A DNA stretch of 43,907 bases. It comes from Calcarisporiella thermophila CBS 279.70. Lineage: Eukaryota; Fungi; Calcarisporiellomycota. This document shows, piece after piece, positions 10,201 to 22,346 of the stretch (the first letter of the stretch is position 1; each line of letters starts with the position of its first letter). Below the pieces are notes generated by a model, which made no database searches, had not been told where the DNA came from, and saw only the letters and a program-made list of their open reading frames with translations. Location: NCBI RefSeq assembly GCF_041956535.1, contig NW_027192212.1:508426-552332 (forward strand), written 5' to 3'. Position numbers and translations under genes: made by a program.

Positions 10201-11769
10201 ATCAAGGCCCCAAAGGGGCCGGATGGTTACTGGGTCCCGATTCTCTCGAACCCGGATATCATCGTCAAATATTCAGAAAATGTCGTCGACACGTTGCATA
10301 AAAAGAATTTGCTCCTTCTCGGGGAGGATCGATACCTGACAACACTGATGCTGAGCACTTTTCCAAAGAGGAAGATGATATTCGTGCCGCAGGCCGTGTG
10401 CAAAACGGTGGTTCCCGATGAGTTCATGGTGTTGCTCTCGCAGCGGAGAAGATGGATCAATTCCACGGTACACAATTTGATGGAGCTGGTGCTTGTTCGG
10501 GATTTGTGCGGCACCTTTTGCTTTTCCATGCAGTTCATCGTGTTCATGGAGTTGATGGGAACCATTGTGTTGCCAGCAGCGATCTGCTTCACACTCTACC
10601 TGATCATTGCCACCATCATCAGTCCCCAGTCGATCATTTCCTTGGTTCTCTTAGCGCTGGTGTTGGGTCTACCTGCGGTGCTGATCGTGATGACTTCACG
10701 AAAGATCGTCTATGTTGTAAGTATTTCTTGAAATATTCACCGTGTCTCTCAATATCTCATAAGATAAAATCTTTTTTTTTTTCGTTTTTCTTTTCCAAAG
10801 GGCTGGATGCTTATTTACCTGATCTCTCTCCCGATTTGGAATTTCGTACTACCTGTCTACGCATTCTGGCATTTCGACGATTTTTCCTGGGGTCAAACCC
10901 GCATGGTAGAGGGGGAAAAGAAGGGGGCTGGTCATGGCGAAGGCGAAGGCGAATTCGACTCGAGTAGGATCGTGATGAAGCGATGGGTGGAGTTTGAGCG
11001 AGAGCGGCGGGGGTTAAGTGTGGCTGGCGGCGTCATGGGGGTTGGAAACTCATCTAGCGGCACTTCGACACCTGTGCCACCGTCACACCGAATGTTTGGC
11101 ACCGAGAGGATGGGGAGTTCGATGTCTCTACCGCAATATCATCAGCACCATGTTCTGAGGCGTTCCTTCATTGGGACTGACGAATTCCCGGATTTGCGGG
11201 AGGAGCCTTTCAAGCCAGAGATTGGCGGCATTGGTGAGGAGCAGGAGTGGGGTGGCCACTCAATGCAAGGCCAAGCTCACTCCTTGAGCGAGGAAGGAGG
11301 AGAGGAGATGCCGATGCTCGAGCTTCCGCCCGCCCCTCCCCCTCACGCTTATTTGGAATCAGGACAGCTGCAGCCGACACCGCAAGAGCTTAAGGCGAGT
11401 TCAACCAGCCCATCGCTTAAAACGCATGTAACGGGTACTGAAGGGGAATGCTCTGATGCCGGAACTGCCCACGCAGACAGCGAAACACTTTTATCCGAAT
11501 CATGGGACTACTCCACTTCGGCACCACCTTCATCACATGTAGCCGCCACGGAAGCGGACATTCCACAGCCTCCCCCCCACATGTATCCATTGCCGCGCCA
11601 GGAACACCAGGAATCTCCACCCGGGCTCGCTATTCCAACTGAAATGGATGCAGCGCGCGAGAGACACCATTTGCACTTATTCAATACCCCTCGACCGAAT
11701 TCGACAAGAATGTCGAGTCAGACTAGCCTCGATCGAGTTAGCGAAGGCACACACCCTTCTCAGCCTTAA
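7256..11769 (+). CDS. CHS3: Chitin synthase, class IV (Chs3-like), 6 exons (7256-8247, 8350-8638, 8730-9797, 9886-10024, 10106-10716, 10801-11769)
   Basis: AWREK, cytochrome-b5-like region (GKDISFLFQ), [52 protein letters not shown] and [12 protein letters not shown] motifs. Confidence 0.95.
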
Positions 11770-12510
11770 TTTCATCCCCGCATTTAATTTACTCATGCAT
11801 CAGTTTATATATATTTATTGATCATTTCTAGTTTCCTTCACTACCACGAGCCATCTTGATTCACCCTCAGGCATACACTTTATTTTTCACTATTCACATC
11901 TAGATATACAAAAATTTTTGCTTGTCTGCTTTTTCTTTATTTTTATTTTAGACGGTTTACTCTTTTTTCCATTGCTTAAAATATTTCTATTTCCAAGGCA
12001 CTGTTATCACAACACTTCCTAGTTAAATCCACTTTGACCCAGTAAATAATATACACTTCAATTAGACAAGCTAGTTGCCTACCAACCTTATGCGGAGCCG
12101 AATGAGAAAAATTGGCCTCTGCGCAGGTGAAGCATGAAGAGCCAGGATTGAGGGGCGGATGTCAAGCATGCAGGCACAGAAAGGCAGTGGTATCCCTAGG
12201 AAATATCATTTGGTGATGCCTAAATCGCCTCTCTGTAGGATATAACAAACCATGACATGCTTTTGGGAACAAACATTCTGAACAACCCACTGATAACTTA
12301 CAGTTATAATGATGTATCTTTACCTTCGAGTCCAAATTAGGGAGAATCACTGTGGGATATCTATTAGTACTCAAATCACTCTTCCTCCTACCAAAGGAAA
12401 TTTGCAACCTTTTCCTGGGCAAGTTTTCCACTTATGGAGGACTGCGCCACATCCACGCGTTTCTCCTACATCTAGGCCACTTTGATAATCATTTACAATC
12501 ATACTTCATC

Positions 12511-13528
12511 ATGGACCATATCAAGAGCGCTTGGCCTTCGCCGCCGGATTACTACAAGCGCTACACAAATGACGCGATACTTTTGCTCCGCTCTTCCTCT
12601 CCATCCGCCTCTCGCTCTTCTCCCACCTCAGAATCCTCCGCAAAGGCATCTGCCATCGATCTCGACTCCTTACGACCTCCTCCGCCGCCTCCCCCCACTG
12701 GAAGCTACCAGCTCTTCGGAGCAACATGGCCGGTTGAAGATAAAATATTAGGTCTAAAGGATATGAACGTAAAACAGCTTTACCCAGACGGAGCAATAGG
12801 TAATAATGCATTGATTCTTTAGATTTCTTTTAATTCAATTTTCATAGGAAAAATTAGATTGACTTTATGTGCTGTACGTCTTCTGTAGATCGTGTCAAGG
12901 AATTAAAAAAGCTCAATCATTCTCTCCTGCTCTGTTTTTTGGAGTTGGTAGATATTTTAATAATGTCCCCTAGCCAGGTAAATGGAAATATTATCTACTG
13001 TAGGAGAGAATGTATCTCAACATAGGATTTTTTTTTTGCGCATCTTAGCACAAAGAAAAGATCGATAACATGAATTTGATTCTGATTAACATGTACCATT
13101 TATTAAATGAATACCGTCCGCACCAGGCAAGTGGCCTATCTACTTTCCCTGCAATTTAGTGGCCCTAATCTTCTTGGATTGGATGGATAGGCGAGGGAGA
13201 CGCTCCGAATGATGTTGGAAGACCAGGTGGAGAAAAAGAGAAAGGCCACTGAGGAGGTGAATAGATTGTGCGATGATATTGAGACGACATTGGCTAAAAT
13301 TACTAGCTCACTACGTGGTGATGACGGAGAAAGTGTAAGCAAAAACCAAGGGCTATATATCCGATGTGATTATTGACTTCTCTACCATTTCCGTAATTTA
13401 TTTAATATAATTCAAAATAGTCGGTGGAGGAGAAGACTCCCGCAGAGGATGCGATGGTGGTGGAGGCCATGGTCACAGAGGATGAGGGAAAGAAACGGTT
13501 GCTAGAGCTAGTGGACCAAATCACATAA
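12511..13528 (+). CDS. MED7: Mediator complex subunit 7, 5 exons, one GC-AG intron
   Basis: SAWPSPPDYYKRYT, QLYP, ELKKLNHSLLLCFLELV and INMYHLLNEYRPHQARETL are Med7 signature motifs. Confidence 0.92.
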
Positions 13529-13702
13529 AGTTTTTAGATTATTCATTTCCAAGCGTATATTAATGCATACTTAATAATTTTGTAATAAAAAAAAAAGTTA
13601 AAAACAGCATGATACAGTTCGGAAGATATCTAATATTACTTGTGATGAGAGCATTCTATTAAATAGTAAGAGAATTCGTATAGTTCTCGGGTGACACCTC
13701 CA

Positions 13703-14692
13703 CTAGAAATCGACGAGCAACGGCTCCAATCCTTGTTTTGTATACTCGGCAAGCTCTTCCTCATGATTACCATTTATCATTCGCACCACTTGCTTCCCTA
13801 GCGCAATTGCTTCCAAGACCCAACGAACATTGGATGAAAGAATTTCCCCCTTGGCAGGTGCAATTCGAAGCTCCCCAGTTGCTATCGGGAAGAGTATCGG
13901 GTTGGTGCTCCGATCAGCGACCACCAGATCTGCTTCTTCAATATGTTTTTTAGCCTTGGATGATACTTCGTTGCTTGCTGTATTCACTAATATAATTTTC
14001 CCCAGCACTTTTTCCCCTGTTACCCTCTTGTTAAGAATGGAGCTGGCAGAGGGGATTTCGTCCCGTTGAAAATATTCCATAAGCTGCTCAATAGTTTCCT
14101 CATTCAATTCTCTCAACTCCTCTAGAGTCCAAGACTCGCAAAACTTCGACATCCAGCCCATCCGTTTAGACACTGATTCGTGCGATCCGTCTGTCTCTCG
14201 CACCCGGGCCCTCAACTGTCCTACTTTGGTGATAGCGTCGCCAAGTCCTAAAGGAAGAGAGGAAGCAATTCGCCGGCGAATAAGCGACGCGAGTTTTGGG
14301 CCTTGCCCATCGGTGCTAACTGCTATTTGAAGTGGTCCATCTCGATGAATAGAAGCAAAATAAAAGTCGCACATTGGCGGGATATCAGCGACGTTAACTG
14401 GTATTTTCTTTTCCCGACACAAATCGCAGATTCGCTGAGACTCAACGTGGTCATCTATAGCTGTTAAGCACATATCCATGCCGTCTAGATCCGAGTCTTG
14501 GAAGGGCCGATCTCGGTAGGTGACTTGCTGTGATGTTATGTAAGCACGCACTTGTTCGTTGAGACCGGACGACGGACAGACAACGGTAATCCTCGCTCCA
14601 GCATGAAGTGAATTGGCAATGCGGAGGGAGGCCACTTCGCCACCGCCAACAATGAGGACATTGCGATCTTTAAGGCGCCAAGAAATTAGCAT
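13703..14692 (-). CDS. MET8: Siroheme synthase, Met8-type precorrin-2 dehydrogenase/ferrochelatase, with a degenerate C-terminal methyltransferase remnant; intronless
   Basis: VLIVGGGEVA NAD-binding motif, IPVNVADIPPMCDFYF, GPLQIAVSTDGQGPKLASLIR, RMGWMSKFCESWTL. Confidence 0.9.
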   Translation of the reverse strand: MLISWRLKDRNVLIVGGGEVASLRIANSLHAGARITVVCPSSGLNEQVRAYITSQQVTYRDRPFQDSDLDGMDMCLTAIDDHVESQRICDLCREKKIPVNVADIPPMCDFYFASIHRDGPLQIAVSTDGQGPKLASLIRRRIASSLPLGLGDAITKVGQLRARVRETDGSHESVSKRMGWMSKFCESWTLEELRELNEETIEQLMEYFQRDEIPSASSILNKRVTGEKVLGKIILVNTASNEVSSKAKKHIEEADLVVADRSTNPILFPIATGELRIAPAKGEILSSNVRWVLEAIALGKQVVRMINGNHEEELAEYTKQGLEPLLVDF

Positions 14693-14921
14693 TTACGGTG
14701 AGAATTTCTTTTGGCGATCGATTTTTCTTTAGGCCCAAGATAACGTGTGTTTTCGGGAGATAAAGTATGGATGTTGTGGCGGAGTGCCTGATTTTTCTAG
14801 AAGACAAGAAAAAGGGGAGAGCCACTAATCGATATTTCCAACTCAGACTGCGCAACCGCTTCATAAAGTTTGCTTATTTTCCTGTGTTTCTCCTCCGTAG
14901 TAGGTTTATTATACACATAAC

Positions 14922-17900
14922 ATGGCGGACATGCAATCGCGTTTTATGGAGAATGTCGGCCATAGACACGCACCGATCGACCAGCGTTCCCTTTACGACT
15001 ATGCACTTCGATGCGCCATTCTTACATCATGGGAAGAAATTAAAGCCCCAATCCCAACAGTCGCAGACACTTCTGCATCAACACCGGCAGGGCCAGAAAA
15101 CAAACATCGCTTCAGCTCACAACTTGGGCTCGACCAAATTCAACGTCTCAGCATGAACTTAACACAACTCGATTTCAACCTCGCCGAGAACAAGGATGTC
15201 ACTCTAACACGCGATCTGATTAGGGGATTACTACGTCGTATTCAGGCCATCGTCAAGGGAAGAGAAGCATCAATGAACTACAAGGATCCAATTTTTAAAA
15301 CAGCGCTTTCTCTGTACGAAGAGCCGCTCCGAATGCTCAAACACAATCGAATTCCGCAGTCAGTCGAAGAATTAATTCTTGGTTTCGCTCGTATATCCAA
15401 GGTTGAACTTCAAAAAGCCAGTCCCACGGCAATGCAGCAAGGACGAAGAGTTGAAACCTGGCAAGAGAGGTTAAATGAACATACCGCTTTATTTGCAGGG
15501 CTCGTGCGGGAAGTACTGACAACAGAATGCCCGAAGGCCTCTGAAGAAATTGTTGGTAGAGTTAACTCATTCATCAGAGCTGGATCGACAAGAAGCCGCC
15601 CGCACTCTGCCCTTGGAACTGTTTCAGCATCAGGGAATGGGAGTGGGGTAGCTGCGGGAGTAGGGGATAGAGCCAAAGAGCTGATAGATGTTCCACTCAT
15701 TAAACATGTGCAATCGCTATTCCAGGTGCCCAACAGAGAACATTCTGAAAAAGTGCGGAAACTAAGTCTCATATGTTCCGAAAAGGTAGAGAAACCTTTA
15801 GACTGGTTGAATTCATGTTAATTAAACGCTTTTTTACCTTTTGCTCTTTAGGCAGCACTCGACGACATTATGAGGTGTATTGACTATTTTCAACAGGGGG
15901 GCTCGTTTCCTTACACGCGCCGAGATTTCGTCAATGAATCGGCGTACAAAACGTGGCGAAACCGCGAAATGCAGCAGCTAAATGGTCTTTCCAAGGCCCT
16001 CCAGCTTAAGCAGCTCAATTCCATAAAATCCCCGCAAGATCTTCAGCTCGCCGTTGCCAACCAATCTCAATCTACTTCGCCTCCATCAGGGTCGGCATTC
16101 ACTTTTGTTCCCTCCGACCCAAGGGGGTATTTCCGCTTCCTTGTCAATTTTTGCCTCGAATATGAGCTACAGATGCGCGGACCAGAGGATCTCATTAAGG
16201 GAAAAGTATTTTCTCCACTGAATGATACGCTGATGCGGGAATGTGTTGTGCGATGGAGGCTGTCTCCTTATTATCGAACGGTCTTGCTCTTGGAACTGAT
16301 TATAAGTAGATATAACGGGGGGCAGTTGGCATTCGATCATGTTAAGGATGCATTCACAGGACTCCTCAGAGTTTTAAAGGAAATAGAAGTGACTGAGTGG
16401 GCAGTCAATGATGTATGTTACACTTTCTTTAAGCTATTATATTCCTTAGCTCACAGTATATTAAATATTTCTCATCGTTAGAGGGGCCACCTATTACGGG
16501 TGCTCGAAACCCTGAACAGATCCCTGGTTGAACAACTAGGACATGCATTGAGCGAGTATTATGCAATCAATCCGGAGTGGATACATGAACTTGATCGATT
16601 TATTGAACGTGTGTACGAAATACCTATTTTCCAAGCCGAGTATTCTGATCCGTCCATTTTCTTCAATAACGAGTTGCTATCGAACCTTGAAGTATTTACA
16701 TGTCTCGCTTACTGATGTTGTGCTTTTTAAGTTGACTTTTACTTTTTTTTTTGGATAGGCCGCTGCCGTAAAAAGATATCACGATATCAATGCAAAAATC
16801 GCAAAAGCGGGATGTGGGAATGAGATTGAGGAACTGGAGCTGCTCTCGGACCGCTTGACAAACGAATACCAGATATTGGCAAAACGTTTCCCTCAGCCGA
16901 TCACGCATGGGTATGTTTGCCAGCATAGTCGTGTTTTGGTTTCTACGTACTGACGTTGTTTTGTTTTCAAAGAAATATATCAATCCCAAGTATCGTAATG
17001 GGACGGCAAATGGTGTTATTTATATTACAGATGGAAAATTTGGCGCATTTGTCCGGAGAGGATATTCCAACAGACCTGGTGTTTGACCTCTACCAGAAAG
17101 TACTATTACTTAGAGACATATATCAAGCGAATTGTCCCGGGTAAGCTGAAGAACTTTTAAGGCAGGTTTTTTACACTACTTGTGCTGACATTTTGCTTGA
17201 TATTCAAGTATGGAAGGAGCACAATTCAAGCTTGAACCCTGGTTTTATCCTTATGTGAAGCAATATCTACTGACCACGGACGAAAAAACTAAGGAATGGG
17301 TGCAGAATGCTATAAATCAGGACAACGTCAGTTTGACTATTGTTTCGTAATTTGATTATTATATATTGACTTTATATATTAGTTCAAGCCGGTGAGCGAA
17401 AACGTGGACCATTCATCGTCTGTCGTGGACCTTTTCGACTCATTCAATCAGGCGGTGGACTTTATTCAGAGGCTACAATGGCCGAATGAATTGCAGCTCG
17501 CGCGATTTATGACCCAACTTTCAAAGGTATATAGTTAGACTGCTTTCATGCGCCGTAAAGTTTGTAGTATTAAACGAACAATGCATTAGACAATATGCCG
17601 CTCCATCGATCGATATTGTGAGAGCATGGAGCATCTCTTCTTCGAGGAGATGATGCAATATCCCGCAGACAAGGTGGAAAAGCGGCGCGGGTCGAGCCAA
17701 GGACTGTGGTTTACACGCGCAAAGAATAAAAATGGATCAGGGGGTCGTACGGGCGACGCATTTAATTTTACTTTAGAGGTATGGCCAGAGGGCAATATTA
17801 TGTGCTGAAACTAAAATATTAATACAGGAACTCTTTGATTTTAGTCCTGTGTCAAGCTCAACAATATAGAAGCCACCCGTATCCGACTTGATCAACTCTA

Positions 17901-19374
17901 TCAGCTCATGGATGTGGATTCTGTCGCCTCGCTTCTACAATCAAATGGGCCCCCTGTCCCATCCAAAGATACGGTCTCACCTATGGGACGTCATCTTTTT
18001 TCAATTAAAATTGTCGCCGCAGAAGATATCAAACCTATGGACAAAAATGGTCTATCAGATCCTTATGTTGTTCTCCGCATCAATGACAGCGTAGTTGCGC
18101 GAACCCGTACTATCTATGAAACTCTCAATCCAAGATGGGATCAGACCTTCGATTTGTCCGTGGATGGGGTGGGCAATTTGATAGTTGAAGTGTGGGATGA
18201 GGATATTGTTGGAAAGAATGAGATTGCAGGCAAAGGGCTCCTTGTATTGGGACCGGATAATCGGTTTAGCGATTTTCAGGTGCACGAAATTAGCCTGCCG
18301 CTAGATACGCAGGGCAAAATTTTGTTGAGGGTTAGCATGGAGGGGGAGAGGGACGAGATATTGTTTTGGTTTGGCAAGGCGTTCAGGAGGTTGAAGCGGA
18401 CCGAGACTGATATGGCTTCTTACATTGTCGAAAAGGTTCCATATCTCTAAATGGACTTGGTGTTAATTCGATATTCTAACTTTTAACTGATCTTCCCTTT
18501 TGTCTTTTACTAGATGTCCAGTGTTATCAACTCGTGTCTCTCGCGCTCTACCATTTCGAAGCTGGTCAAGCCCGAGAAGCGTCTCTCCATCTTTTCCTCC
18601 AAAAACTCCGCCTCCTCCGCCTCCTTTTCCTCATCCCTTGCAGACATATCCATTGCAGAATGCGAGGCTGCACTCAACCCTCTTGTTGAATATTTCGAGC
18701 GAAACCTTAAGACTCTAAACGATTCGCTCTCGATGAACATGATGACGCTTGTGCTAATCAGACTTTGGAAAGAGGTACTTGCGCGACTAGAAGGATTACT
18801 TATCCCGCCTCTTGCAGATACTTCTTCGGGAATGCGCCTCTTAGGAGACACCGAGGTTGTGGTTGTAATCAAATGGTTAGAACTATTGAAGTTGTACTTC
18901 AATGGTGGAGAGGAAGGAAATGCAGTCCCTATTGAGCGACTTGAAACCACGAAGTATCGAGATCTAATCCAAATCCCTCAGTACTATGATCGTGACCCGG
19001 AAACGTTGATGACCGACTATATACGATTAACACAGGTGCAAGGGGGGCGGAGACAGGCTATTCAGCGCCAGAAATCCGTCGCAATGAGCCACAATCTGGG
19101 CTCAATAAGAAAAAGAAAAATGGAACGCCGACATATAGCGGAGGAAGCAGGAATGAACCCCGAGGTTGTGCTGAGGATTTTGAGAATGCATGCGAGTGGG
19201 AACAAGCGGGTGAAGGAGTTTTTGAGGGAGCAGATGGCACTGAGAAATAAAAACATGCGTTTGGAGGGCGAAAGCATGGTCGCGCTGCCAACGGAGGATA
19301 TGGGTATAGGGCCTACTTCAGCGGGACGCCGAGACTTACCACCTCTTCCAACTAGCATGGCAGTAAGTTATTGA
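14922..19374 (+). CDS. Fungal C2 + MUN (Munc13-homology) domain protein, multi-exon
   Basis: HSSSVVDLF and CVKLNNIE MHD1 motifs; C2 domain (IKIVAAEDIKPMDKNGLSDPYVVL...TLNPRWDQTF...VWDED); MHD2 (PLVEYFERNLKTL...LWKEVL). All introns splice in frame. Confidence 0.85.
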
Positions 19375-19689
19375 CAACTCATTTCATTTGTGTTCTCCTC
19401 TTTTATAATGGACTTTATGCATTCAATCATTTTTACCACACTATTGTTTAATATATCTCTCCCTTAGTATTTATTTAACCGTGCCGTTTGTTATTTTCTT
19501 CTGTTTCCCCCCCAAATTATATTCTTTCATTGAAATTCGAGCTTGTATGCAAAAATTAGTGCTACCAAAAATTGGTGAAATCAGCGTGAGATTCAGAATT
19601 CAGATCAAATCCAAGACTCCAATTCTCTTATTGTTCTTAGCATTTCTTTTAAGATCTACCGACCAAAGCCAAATAAGCTAAAATCGGGC

Positions 19690-22106
19690 ATGGCGTCAAT
19701 GACATCTTTGTCATCCATGCTCTTTATATTCATTGCACTCCTTTTTGGAGTAATACCAAGCGTAAATGCCTTTTATCTACCTGGGATGAAGCCCACAGAT
19801 TACCAAAGAGGCGATCCTGTAGAGTTAATGGTGAACGCGCTCACACCAATGACTGGCTCACAAGATCAATATCTCTCCAGCGTTATTTCTTATGATTACT
19901 ACCACGAGCAATTTCATTTTTGTAAACCAGAGGGGGGGCCGGTGCAGCAACCCGAAAGTCTTGGAAGTATTTTATTTGGGGATAGAATTTTCAATTCACC
20001 TTTCAAGGTATGTACTTGGCAGTTGATACATTTTTAAGGAGAATCTAGATTTGGAAGATGTGAAAGCAAGCAATTTTTTTTTGGGGGGGGAGGGGGGGAG
20101 GAAATGTGAGGGGAAAGACATCTGTCGAGAAAATTTTAATTGATTATCTTAACTTATGATGCATTTAATAGCTAAACATGCTTGAAGACCGTGTGTGTCA
20201 AATTCTTTGCACAGAAAAGATTGACAAGTATGATGCCCAATTTATCAACGATCGGATTCGTGAAAACTATAATCTCAATTGGCTTGTTGATGGGCTACCT
20301 GCTGGACAGCTATATAAAGACAAGACTACCGATGCGGATTTCTACAGTATTGGATTTAAACTCGGTGAAATCCAAGATCAGCACGGCAAGAGGGTACCGC
20401 AATTTTCCAACCATTATGATATTACCATCCAGTACCACACAAAGGATAAGCACAACTATCGAGTGGTGGGAGTGTTGGTTTATCCAAGGTCCTTCGATAA
20501 TAAAGGTTCGCCTCGACCCACCTGTAGCAAGGAGCCGCCTTTGATATTGGATGAAAATGCAGAGAATACTGTCACATACACTTACAGCATCAAATGGGAG
20601 GTAAGCTTGTGAAATTTTCTTCTTCCCGCCTTTTCATTTAAACTAGATGTCACCTTTATATTCAATTTTTAGGAGACCGATATTCCTTGGGCCACCCGCT
20701 GGGATAATTATCTGTACATTTCCGACTCCAAAATTCATTGGTTCTCCTTGGTGAACTCGATACTTGTTGTCTTGTTCCTTACGGGCATGGTCGCAATGAT
20801 CCTTTTGCGTGCACTTCATAAAGATATCGCGAGATATAATTCTGAAGAGGTGCACGAAGATGTGCAAGAAGATTTCGGATGGAAGTTGGTTCATGGAGAT
20901 GTATTCCGCCCACCACAACGGGTTATGCTACTCTCCGTGCTCTTAGGAACTGGAGCACAACTATTTTGCATGACGACTGTTACTTTGGGTAGGCAGTATA
21001 TACTTGTTTTAAATTTTTTTTTTTGGAATACTGGACACATATTCATTTTAGTGCTTGCCGCCCTTGGTTTCCTCTCACCTTCCAACCGTGGTCTGCTCAC
21101 CACGATAATGATCATCCTATATCTTTTCTTGTCAATAGTCGCAGGTTATGTCTCTGCAGTGATCTATAAGATGTTAGGAGGTGAGAAGTGGCGCCAAAAT
21201 GTAATCCTCACATCCACACTCTTCCCAGGGTAAATTTGATAACTCGAATCAATATGCTGAGCATAAATTGCTAATTGTTCCCATTATTGACATGCATATA
21301 TAGAACGGTATTTGGAATCATGATTCTGCTGAACTTTTTCCTCATGTATGTCAAATCTTCGGGTGCAGTGCCTTTCGGAACGATGATTGCAGTCATCGGG
21401 CTGTGGTTCTTGATTGCAATGCCCCTATGTTTAGTCGGAGCATATCTTGGTTTTAAGCGAAAGGTACGAATCCTGTTTAATGAGCAATTTAACGCTGAAA
21501 GCAAATATTCACGCTCTGTGTTTTTGTTAGCGAATTGAGCAACCCGTCCGCACTAATCAAATCCCTCGTCAAATTCCTGACCAAGTATGTCGGGGTTTTT
21601 TTTTTTGACCTTGATATTGGGGAGTTTCTAACTGCTTAATTTTTTAATCCAACTAGGTTGCTTATCTACGCCCTATCCCTTCGATGCTAATGGGCGGTGT
21701 CCTTCCATTCGGTGCCATTTTTATTGAGCTCTACTTTATTCTCAATAGCATCTGGTTCCATCGAATTTATTACGTGTTCGGCTTCCTCTTCATTGTGTTT
21801 GGCATCTTAATCTTAACGTGCTCTGAAGTGACTGTGCTTTTGTGCTACTTCCACCTCTGCGCGGAGGACTACAGGTGGTGGTGGCGCGCATTCCTTACCA
21901 GCGGCGCAAGTGCCATCTACGTAATGCTCTATGCGACCCTATACTACTTCAGCAAGTTGAGCATCGACTCTTTCTCCAGCACCGTGCTCTACTTTGGATG
22001 GAGTTTCATCATGAGCCTTTTCTTCTTTGTTCTAACCGGAACAATCGGGTTCTTTGCATGCTTCGGGTTTGTTAGAAAGATCTACTCGAGCATCAAGATC
22101 GACTAA
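19690..22106 (+). CDS. EMP70: Nonaspanin / transmembrane 9 superfamily protein (EMP70/TM9SF2-4)
   Basis: Signal peptide then FYLPG; ESLGSILFGDRIFNSP, LVDGLP, IHWFSLVNS, GWKLVHGDVFRPP, PVRTNQIPRQIP and C-terminal KIYSSIKID. Confidence 0.95.
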
Positions 22107-22346
22107 AATTGCTATTTTTAAATTGTTATTTGGATGTGAAGTTTCTAGTAAATTTCTCTTTTTCCTTTTTTCCAAAAAGCTCCTTATTGAAATAGGAATA
22201 AATGGTTGCCATTCTAGCTGGCTACTTATTTTACAGCTTTTTATCCTGATCAAAAGGGTGGATATTGTCGACAAAGCCGATTCATGCTCACGAAAATAAA
22301 TAGATATATATATTACAGAATTGAGAAAATGGAAAAAAATTCGGAT

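Noticed and set aside
20083-20113. G-runs in a TM9SF intron (also 6611-6624) as possible G-quadruplexes
   Set aside because: Simple homopolymer tracts with no evidence of function.
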